Shown here: positions 18,369-24,714 of the stretch, one piece after another
How positions within the stretch are numbered: position 1 is the first letter of the stretch
How the letters are laid out: each line of letters starts with the position of its first letter
DNA from: a virus
Taxonomy: Duplodnaviria; Caudoviricetes
Strand: one strand, 5' to 3'
Length of the DNA stretch: 38,771 bases
Virus record (IMG/VR): IMGVR_UViG_3300016263_000482
Location: 1-38,771 of that record
The notes under the pieces: model-generated
Seen by the model: only the letters and a program-made list of their open reading frames with translations
What the model was told of the DNA's origin: nothing
The model's database searches: none
Program-made: the position numbers and the translations under genes

Positions 18369-18539
18369 ATGAACAAGACTGACAAACGTATTTCTTTAAT
18401 TTTCTTAGCTATGTTCTTCATCGCTATGGTTGGATTAGGTGCTAACATCGAGTGGCTTTTCTATGCCCCAATGTTCGTCAATATGATATTGGTGTACATA
18501 GTGGTGTGCCACCAATTTATGTTTACCAAGAAAAAATAG
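18369..18539 (+). CDS. Small two-TM membrane protein
   Basis: ATG 18369 after an A-rich leader; two hydrophobic helices, KKK end. Confidence 0.55.
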   Translation: MNKTDKRISLIFLAMFFIAMVGLGANIEWLFYAPMFVNMILVYIVVCHQFMFTKKK

Positions 18540-18587
18540 GGGTTCCCCCGTTTGGTACATCATAACCATGACCATACCTTCACAGCC

Positions 18588-18824
18588 ATGAACTACGCAG
18601 AAGAACAAGCACAAGAAATCATCGAACGCTTCAACAAAGCCTTCGATAAGTCACTCCAACTCCAAGCTAGAAAGGATGCCTACAAAGTAAAAGATAGGAA
18701 CTACTGGGAGCTGATGGACAAACTCGATAAGGCACAGACCCGGTGCCGTTACATCGATACACAACTCAAGGATCATCTTCTTAAAATAAAACCCAACTTC
18801 TATGAACAAGTCAGAATCTATTAA
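18588..18824 (+). CDS. Hypothetical coiled-coil protein
   Basis: Overlaps the ERF start; charged helical composition. Confidence 0.55.
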   Translation: MNYAEEQAQEIIERFNKAFDKSLQLQARKDAYKVKDRNYWELMDKLDKAQTRCRYIDTQLKDHLLKIKPNFYEQVRIY

Positions 18825-19377
18825 TGAACTGGCGATGGCCCTGAGCAAGGCTCAGGCTTCCATCCGTGGTGCAGTCGAAGACTCCACCAACCCACACTTC
18901 CGTAGCAAGTACGCATCGCTACAATCCTATCTTGATGCGGCCAGAGATCCCCTCTCAAAGAACGGTCTTGCAGTCACTCAACTGCTCTCAGATCTTAACT
19001 GTGAGGAGATGAAGATGGTCACCATAGAGACCGTCCTGATGCACTCCTCCGGTCAATGGATATCATCAGTCTTCAGCGTCCCAGTCTCTAAGAGTGACGC
19101 TCAAGGCTTCGGATCAGCCGTTACCTACGCCAGACGCTACAGCTTCGCAGCCATAGTAGGCATCGCCCCGATGGATGATGATGGTCATCAGGCTACAGAA
19201 GCCGCCCCATCAGCACCGGTGGCTAAAAGTGACTCACTGCCCGTAACAATTACCAAAGGCATCCAAGAAGCCAAAAGCCTCCAAGACCTTATGGATTACG
19301 CTGGTAAGCAGACCAAATACCACAAGCATCCGCAGTTTCGTAGCATGGTACAGGCAAGGAAGGAGGAACTGGCATGA
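18802..19377 (+). CDS. erf: ERF-family single-strand annealing protein
   Basis: NPHFRSKYASL, T.LMHSSGQW and QGFGSAVTYARRYS...DDDG motifs. Confidence 0.92.
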   Translation: MNKSESINELAMALSKAQASIRGAVEDSTNPHFRSKYASLQSYLDAARDPLSKNGLAVTQLLSDLNCEEMKMVTIETVLMHSSGQWISSVFSVPVSKSDAQGFGSAVTYARRYSFAAIVGIAPMDDDGHQATEAAPSAPVAKSDSLPVTITKGIQEAKSLQDLMDYAGKQTKYHKHPQFRSMVQARKEELA

Positions 19378-20150
19378 GCATCCTAACCGCCGAGAAGGTC
19401 TATCCAGTCTCCAACTCACGCCTCACCGCCTTCAAACGATCCCCGAAGCATCTCATTCATTACCTATTGCATAAGCCAGAGCCAACGCCAGCCATGGCGT
19501 TCGGCTCCGCTTTCCACGCTCGTCTCCTTCAGCCACATCTCTTTGATACCATCTATGCCGTAGCCCCCGATGTGGACCGCCGAACCAAAGATGGCAAATT
19601 GGAATACGATAAGTTCGTCTATGAGTCCGATGGTAAGACCGTCTTGTTACATTCTGACTTGTCAAAAATTGACAATATGATCGATTCAGTCATGTCAAAT
19701 ACCGTAGCCATGGAACTCATTGACGCATCCATCCATCGGGAATATCTTATCGAGTGGACCAATGAAGAGACCGGTATTCCCATGAAGGGTATCGTTGATG
19801 GAATCGGAACCGAGTATATGTTTGATATCAAGACCTGTGCCGATGCTGATCCTTCCAAGTTCGGTCGGGATGCCTTCTATTCCAACTATCACCGCCAAGC
19901 CTCCATTTATATGGATGCCTTCAAGGATCAGAAGATGACCGAGTTTTACTTCATCGCAATAGAAAAGGATGCCCCTTATGGCGTATCCGTCCACCGCTGT
20001 AGCGATTATATCCTTGAGCTGGGTAAGAAACAATATCTTGACCTTATCATCGAATACCGCAATTGGGTCGAGGGGGGTATGCTTGACATCGGATACGATT
20101 ATTGGCACTACTCCGGTATCCACGAACTTGAAACACCCCTAACCAAATGA
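19374..20150 (+). CDS. PD-(D/E)XK exonuclease (RecE/exonuclease VIII, DUF3799-like)
   Basis: S.S.L..F..SP, GSAFH..LL.P, PDVDRRTK.GK, D...DIKT and YH.QA..Y motifs. Confidence 0.88.
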   Translation: MSILTAEKVYPVSNSRLTAFKRSPKHLIHYLLHKPEPTPAMAFGSAFHARLLQPHLFDTIYAVAPDVDRRTKDGKLEYDKFVYESDGKTVLLHSDLSKIDNMIDSVMSNTVAMELIDASIHREYLIEWTNEETGIPMKGIVDGIGTEYMFDIKTCADADPSKFGRDAFYSNYHRQASIYMDAFKDQKMTEFYFIAIEKDAPYGVSVHRCSDYILELGKKQYLDLIIEYRNWVEGGMLDIGYDYWHYSGIHELETPLTK

Positions 20151-20290
20151 AGAAGAACAGACTTGCCCTTTGGCTCACCGTCCTTCTTATCTTAGCATAC
20201 TTCTACACACTATCTATCTATCTGAAACACACTAACTATCATGAAAGAGAAACTCCGAGCCATTATGATCCTCAACGAGGTGACCGTTGA
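20147..20290 (+). CDS. 47 aa single-TM peptide (MKKNRLALWLTVLLILAYFY...)
   Basis: ATGA overlap with the exonuclease stop; below the ORF-track cutoff. Confidence 0.5.
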   Translation: MKKNRLALWLTVLLILAYFYTLSIYLKHTNYHERETPSHYDPQRGDR

Positions 20291-20441
20291 ATGTGCTAGG
20301 TCCTTGGCTGGCGAAAAATTCCTACCTATACAGGAACGACTTAACGAGGTCAAAGACATCCTTATCGAAGAGATGTATCCTACCACTCCAGAAGCAACCA
20401 TCGATTATCAGATTCAATGGGGACAAACGACCAACAGCTGA
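20241..20441 (+). CDS. Hypothetical protein
   Basis: TGATG coupling to the next gene. Confidence 0.55.
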   Translation: MKEKLRAIMILNEVTVECARSLAGEKFLPIQERLNEVKDILIEEMYPTTPEATIDYQIQWGQTTNS

Positions 20442-20620
20442 TGCTATTCACAAGACAAGACTGCCTCGATTATGTATTCCATAAGCTCCAGGAAGGAGAT
20501 ACCGAGATGCTTGTCCTGTTTGAAATCATCGCCCAACGACACGAATGGATCAGCATCGATGTCTATAAGGAAGTGGCTGAAATATTCTACCAACGCCTAA
20601 AACAAGAACGCAATGGCTAA
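20441..20620 (+). CDS. Hypothetical protein
   Basis: ATG overlaps the previous stop; overlaps the next start. Confidence 0.55.
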   Translation: MLFTRQDCLDYVFHKLQEGDTEMLVLFEIIAQRHEWISIDVYKEVAEIFYQRLKQERNG

Positions 20621-20930
20621 AAAAGTATCATTTGACTATGACGGTATCCTGACCACTAAGAAAGGTCGTGATACCCTCGATGAGTGGCTTCAGCTCGGTG
20701 ATACCATATACATCATCACAGCCCGTAACGAAGGCCAGATGCAATCCGTATATGACTTCGCCCAAGAGCATGGTATCCTTAAAAGCCGTGTAATCCGTGT
20801 ATCCAGAGGCTCTAAATGGGAGGCAGTCAAACGGCTTGGAATCGACAAGCACGTTGACAATAATCCCGATGAGCTTGATCTAATCCGTAAGAACACTAAC
20901 GCACTAGCGTGGTCGCTAGCAAAACTTTAA
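20613..20930 (+). CDS. Minimal HAD-superfamily phosphatase-like protein
   Basis: SFDYDG motif I, IITAR motif II, K and HVDNN motifs III/IV. Confidence 0.75.
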   Translation: MAKKVSFDYDGILTTKKGRDTLDEWLQLGDTIYIITARNEGQMQSVYDFAQEHGILKSRVIRVSRGSKWEAVKRLGIDKHVDNNPDELDLIRKNTNALAWSLAKL

Positions 20931-20933
20931 ATC

Positions 20934-21656
20934 ATGACACAGACAACAAACCAAGTATTCACAACAGACGAGTACGACAACTTCAAAACATTATCAGGAA
21001 ATCGAAATGTAAATCAATTACATCTAAAAAGACTTGAGAAATCTATATTGAAAAATCCATTATTCACCGTTATCATGGTGAATGAAAGATTTGAGATAAT
21101 TGATGGACAGCATAGGTATGAGATTATTAAAAGACATAAGCTTCCTCTTAATTATATCGTATGCAAAGGTTACGGAATCAATGAGGTCCATATTCTAAAT
21201 GCCAATCAAAAAAAGTTTGATGCGATAGACTATCTGGACGGATACGTTAAACAAGGCATTCCTGAGTATATAAAATTCAAAAATTTCATGGACAGGTATA
21301 AATTTGGAATCAATACCTCCATTTCACTATGGCGTGGCGGTGTCCAGAATGATGGAAAAACCCGACACTTTTATAGCGGGAACTTCAAGTGCGATAACTA
21401 TCAAGAGGCTGAAAAGTTGGCTATTGGGCTTGTTAAAATAAAAGCGCATTTTCCTGAAGCCGAACGTCAAACATTCGTCTGTGCTTATCTTACGGTTTCA
21501 AAAAGCAGTAACTGGGATGTCGATGAATTTGTTGAAAAACTTAAATACCAAAAAGGTAAACTTCTGCCGGGTCTCAAGGCGAGAGATTTGATCACAATCA
21601 TTGAAGACATATACAACTTCAAGAGAAGAGAGAAGGTTTCACTTAAGTATTCTTAG
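20934..21656 (+). CDS. ParB/Srx N-terminal-like domain protein
   Basis: GNR.VN..H..RL..S and IIDGQHR motifs; locally lower GC. Confidence 0.75.
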   Translation: MTQTTNQVFTTDEYDNFKTLSGNRNVNQLHLKRLEKSILKNPLFTVIMVNERFEIIDGQHRYEIIKRHKLPLNYIVCKGYGINEVHILNANQKKFDAIDYLDGYVKQGIPEYIKFKNFMDRYKFGINTSISLWRGGVQNDGKTRHFYSGNFKCDNYQEAEKLAIGLVKIKAHFPEAERQTFVCAYLTVSKSSNWDVDEFVEKLKYQKGKLLPGLKARDLITIIEDIYNFKRREKVSLKYS

Positions 21657-21659
21657 ACT

Positions 21660-21905
21660 ATGAGAAAACAACTCACCGGAGACTTCAACCAACGTAAGCT
21701 CGGAAGGCTGGTAACTATCATGCAGTTGCTTTCTTCTCAGTCTGGTGCCTCTGTTAATGATCTAATGAAAGCCATAGGAATAACCCAACGATCCATATAC
21801 CGATATCTCAATATGTTCGACTCATCTGGTTATACAATAACGAAATCACATAATAAGTTCAAATTCACTAACCTATCTCTAACAACATCAAACAATGGAA
21901 TCTAA
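21660..21905 (+). CDS. Stand-alone winged HTH protein (HTH_11, like N-domain of WYL regulators)
   Basis: RL..IMQLL...SV.DL...GIT.RSIYRYL. Confidence 0.75.
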   Translation: MRKQLTGDFNQRKLGRLVTIMQLLSSQSGASVNDLMKAIGITQRSIYRYLNMFDSSGYTITKSHNKFKFTNLSLTTSNNGI

Positions 21906-22146
21906 AGAAAAAAAGGTCTATCTGTCAAACCTCAAACAAATCGGACAGACTACAGGGCTGAAAGGCCGTATCTACGCTGACAAGACATCCGAACACTGGC
22001 AGACCGATGAGAAAGGCCGTAAGTACCTTCCCTTCAGCATATGGGAAAACAAAGAACCAGATCAGTACGGTAATACCCACGCCATGGTCCTTGACACGTG
22101 GAAGCCGGACCCGGCCAAAAAGAACACTTCCGACTTACCTTTCTAA
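21895..22146 (+). CDS. Putative single-stranded DNA-binding protein
   Basis: GRKYL...PDQYGNTH...DTWKP and C-terminal SDLPF tail. Confidence 0.7.
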   Translation: MESKEKKVYLSNLKQIGQTTGLKGRIYADKTSEHWQTDEKGRKYLPFSIWENKEPDQYGNTHAMVLDTWKPDPAKKNTSDLPF

Positions 22147-22156
22147 CTGAATACAT

Positions 22157-22195
22157 AAGGGCTGGCAATAATTATCTTGACCAGCCTTTCATTCA
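22157..22195 (+). terminator. Hairpin after SSB gene
   Basis: AAGGGCTGG / CCAGCCTTT stem, weak U tail. Confidence 0.45.
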
Positions 22196-22202
22196 TTAAA
22201 GG

Positions 22203-22261
22203 CCCCAAAGGGGGATAATGAGTGATATATCAGACAAAATCATGCCCGATTGGGTGTTAAA
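22203..22261. repeat. 59-bp direct repeat, copy 1
   Basis: Ungapped match to 24135-24193, 50/59 identical by manual count; two CCC-N-GGG palindromes. Confidence 0.85.
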
Positions 22262-22275
22262 AGACACAATATGAC

Positions 22276-22370
22276 AGTCAGGTGGCGGAATGGTAGACGC
22301 AAGAAACGTAATCTGAGCTTCAACGGCAATGCTATTACAGCTCATACAGGTTCGAGTCCTGTCCTGACTA
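22276..22370 (+). ncRNA. tRNA-like RNA (Leu-type body, non-canonical anticodon/variable region)
   Basis: Acceptor AGTCAGG/CCTGACT plus discriminator A; D-arm GCG-GAATGGTAGA-CGC; T-arm ACAGG-TTCGAGT-CCTGT; no 5-bp anticodon stem. Confidence 0.75.
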
Positions 22371-22403
22371 CAAAGTAACACTAATAACATTGATATAAAA
22401 TTT

Positions 22404-22661
22404 ATGAGTAAATCAATCTTAATTAACACAATAGCTGCCTGTATAATGTGTCTTGGAATTGGTTATTTGTTTGGGTTTATCGTATTTGGTATGCCTAAAC
22501 TACCACAAAAAGAATACGCACTTGTAGCTCACTTATGCTATGAACGAGCAGGATACTATTCATTACCTGACATTAAATGTGACTCAGTAAAAGGAGATAC
22601 TATTTGGAGAGATGGGTTGCAAGTAATCAATAAACATATTGTAAGCGTAGAATACAAATGA
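22404..22661 (+). CDS. Small protein with N-terminal TM
   Basis: Hydrophobic N-terminus; ATGA coupling. Confidence 0.6.
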   Translation: MSKSILINTIAACIMCLGIGYLFGFIVFGMPKLPQKEYALVAHLCYERAGYYSLPDIKCDSVKGDTIWRDGLQVINKHIVSVEYK

Positions 22662-22879
22662 TACCAAAAGAAAAAGCTGAAGCGTTAGTCAGCAGTTATA
22701 GAAAAGAAATATTAAAAGGAAAGTATAGTATCAGCGGTTTGGTAATTGAAGAGTTAGCTGAAAAATGCGCTTTAATTTCAGTAGAAGAGGTACTACATTC
22801 ATTAAGCTATAAGGTGAGTACAAATTTTGAAGAGATTAAGTATTACATAGAATTCAAACAAGAAATAGAAAAACTATGA
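22658..22879 (+). CDS. Small hypothetical (PKEKA..L...CALI.V.E...KQEIEKL family)
   Basis: Motif pattern common in Bacteroidota phages (from memory); coupled overlaps. Confidence 0.65.
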   Translation: MIPKEKAEALVSSYRKEILKGKYSISGLVIEELAEKCALISVEEVLHSLSYKVSTNFEEIKYYIEFKQEIEKL

Positions 22880-23217
22880 ACACAGCAGCAGAAATACTAC
22901 AAAAACACGAGGATGCTAATGAGATGCACCTACATCATGTAGATAGAAAGTGGGTTATCCAAGCAATGGAAGAGTATGCAGAACAGCAAGTTCAAGCAGT
23001 TGTAAAATACTACAATGGAGAATCTACGAAGGAGTACGCCAAAGAAAAATCGGAAATTCCGATTATTCCTGAAATATCAGATGTGGAGATAGAAAAATAC
23101 ATCAATTCATTTCCTTACACCGAACATCTTGATGATGGACAATATAATGACGGTGTTATAGCAGGCGTTGAATTAGGTATCGAATGGTACAGAGAACAAC
23201 TTAAACACAAACTATAA
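22876..23217 (+). CDS. Hypothetical protein, apparent fusion of AMEEYA and EISD.EIEK...WYREQLK modules
   Basis: Two recognisable small-protein motifs. Confidence 0.6.
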   Translation: MNTAAEILQKHEDANEMHLHHVDRKWVIQAMEEYAEQQVQAVVKYYNGESTKEYAKEKSEIPIIPEISDVEIEKYINSFPYTEHLDDGQYNDGVIAGVELGIEWYREQLKHKL

Positions 23218-23235
23218 CCTTAAAACTAAATTAAA

Positions 23236-23466
23236 ATGCAACTACCTGTAACTAATGAATCAGCACAAACTATCGAAAGACCTTCTAACACCTACTTCCT
23301 ACAAGAGTACGAGCTGCATATCAAATTCATGGCTCGTGGATGTGTAGTTAAGGTAGGATGTAAAGAGATTCCTTTTGAGTCAGTAGAAGTAGCTATGGCA
23401 GCAGTAAATGAGTATGTTAAAAATCCTTATGAGAGCCAAGAGTTCTGGCGTAAAGAACTTAAATAA
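23236..23466 (+). CDS. Hypothetical protein (GCVVKVGCK motif)
   Basis: Strong TAAA/A-rich start context. Confidence 0.65.
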   Translation: MQLPVTNESAQTIERPSNTYFLQEYELHIKFMARGCVVKVGCKEIPFESVEVAMAAVNEYVKNPYESQEFWRKELK

Positions 23467-23469
23467 CCT

Positions 23470-23700
23470 ATGGAAAATAAACAGACCGCAGTTGAATGGC
23501 TTGCTGAACAATTATTAGGAATAGGCATAAAAGATTGTCCTAATGGAATAATTGAACAAGCCAAAGAGATGGAGAAGGAACAGATTATTGATGCTCATGG
23601 AGATGAACAATCACATTTAGAAGATGATGGTAGTTGGAGAACTGTAACAGTAGAACAATACTATAATGAAACCTATGGAAAACAAACAGACCGCAGTTGA
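23470..23700 (+). CDS. KQTAVEWL-family protein, copy 1
   Basis: Tandem paralog. Confidence 0.7.
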   Translation: MENKQTAVEWLAEQLLGIGIKDCPNGIIEQAKEMEKEQIIDAHGDEQSHLEDDGSWRTVTVEQYYNETYGKQTDRS

Positions 23701-23905
23701 TTGGCTTGTAGATAAACTTATGAAAGGTGAATTTATTAACTCTACGGATGAACTTATTGAACAAGCCAAAGCATTAGAAAAAAGTCAGATGATGAAGGCT
23801 CAAGGTTATGCTATCTCTCATGCTGATATGACTAATAACAAAGGTGAATTTGATTGTGAACAATACTACAAAGAAACCTATGGAAAAGAAACAGACCGCA
23901 GTTGA
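23675..23905 (+). CDS. KQTAVEWL-family protein, copy 2
   Basis: ATG 205 nt after copy 1, inside the junction repeat. Confidence 0.7.
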   Translation: MENKQTAVDWLVDKLMKGEFINSTDELIEQAKALEKSQMMKAQGYAISHADMTNNKGEFDCEQYYKETYGKETDRS

Positions 23906-24116
23906 TTGGTACTTTGATAAAATCAAAAGTCATTTTGAACACGATGGAGATTTGTTTGAAGTGGCATGTTTTACCTATGCTATTGCTAAACAAAAAGAAA
24001 AGGAACAGATTATTGATGCTCATATTGAAGGGCAAAGAGTGTTTGATAAACACCAACATACTCAATGGACCAATGACCAAGCTGAACAATACTATAACCA
24101 AACCTATGGTGACTGA
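23880..24116 (+). CDS. KQTAVEWL-family protein, copy 3
   Basis: ATG 205 nt after copy 2, inside the junction repeat. Confidence 0.7.
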   Translation: MEKKQTAVDWYFDKIKSHFEHDGDLFEVACFTYAIAKQKEKEQIIDAHIEGQRVFDKHQHTQWTNDQAEQYYNQTYGD

Positions 24117-24134
24117 CAAGTCACTCACTAACGC

Positions 24135-24193
24135 CCCCGATGGGGTATAATGAGTGGTATATCGGACAAAAACATACCCTATTGGGTGCTAAA
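24135..24193. repeat. 59-bp direct repeat, copy 2
   Basis: Matches 22203-22261 at offset 1932. Confidence 0.85.
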
Positions 24194-24195
24194 TG

Positions 24196-24203
24196 TATCT
24201 TTG
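24196..24203 (+). promoter_or_regulatory. Bacteroidota -7 box TATCTTTG
   Basis: Exact TAnnTTTG, 5 nt before ATG 24209. Confidence 0.6.
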
Positions 24204-24208
24204 CCCTT

Positions 24209-24634
24209 ATGCCTCGATACAACCCAGCCCAACTAGACTTCCTGTCAAAGTACAAAGACCAACACAAAGACAAGTATCCATCCGTCCCAGACTACGCAAG
24301 ACCTAAAGCCAAACTGCCTGGAACAGATGCCAACTCCCTAACACAAGCCATCATCAAGTTCATCGATATGTCCGGAGGTTGGGCCACCCGTATCAGCACA
24401 GAAGGACGATACATCGAATCACTCGGTAAGCGTATACCCTCATCCGTCAAGAAAGGTACCGCCGATATCCACGCCGTCTATAAGGGTCGCCACCTATCCA
24501 TCGAAGTCAAGATCGACAAGGATAAACAGTCTGAAGTTCAAAAGTCAGTACAAGAACAAATCGAGAAAGCTGGAGGACTCTACTACATTGCCAAAGATTT
24601 CACCTCCTTCCATCATTGGATAACCCAACTATGA
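24209..24634 (+). CDS. VRR-NUC domain nuclease (putative Holliday junction resolvase)
   Basis: AN.LT.AI, G.ADI, IEVK..KD.QS..QK...GG.Y motifs. Confidence 0.85.
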   Translation: MPRYNPAQLDFLSKYKDQHKDKYPSVPDYARPKAKLPGTDANSLTQAIIKFIDMSGGWATRISTEGRYIESLGKRIPSSVKKGTADIHAVYKGRHLSIEVKIDKDKQSEVQKSVQEQIEKAGGLYYIAKDFTSFHHWITQL

Positions 24635-24714
24635 ACCGCTACAACATCTATTACCCTCCGCCTAAGAAGCGTATTAGAACAATTAGGATTAACCCACCTA
24701 AATAAACCAACCTT

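Noticed and set aside
18152-18448. 99 aa N-terminal extension (signal/SAR) of the GH108 ORF, or a holin at 18091-18279
   Set aside because: The region is explained by hairpins, a T7 terminator, promoter-like boxes and an opposite-strand gene. The GH108 domain starts at MADF (18151).
20934-21656. ParABS partition system or Dnd phosphorothioation gene
   Set aside because: No ParA or other dnd genes; only an isolated DGQHR-type domain.
22276-22370. Canonical tRNA-Leu/Thr or UCA suppressor indicating recoding
   Set aside because: No 5-bp anticodon stem or U33, and genes are intact under the standard code with TAA, TGA and TAG stops.
23465-24116. CRISPR array
   Set aside because: Period is 205 bp, the units are open reading frames and there are no cas genes; these are tandem paralogs.
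24140-24208. N-terminal MGYNEWY... extension of the VRR-NUC protein
   Set aside because: It is the translated 59-bp repeat and promoter box; ATG 24209 is the better start.
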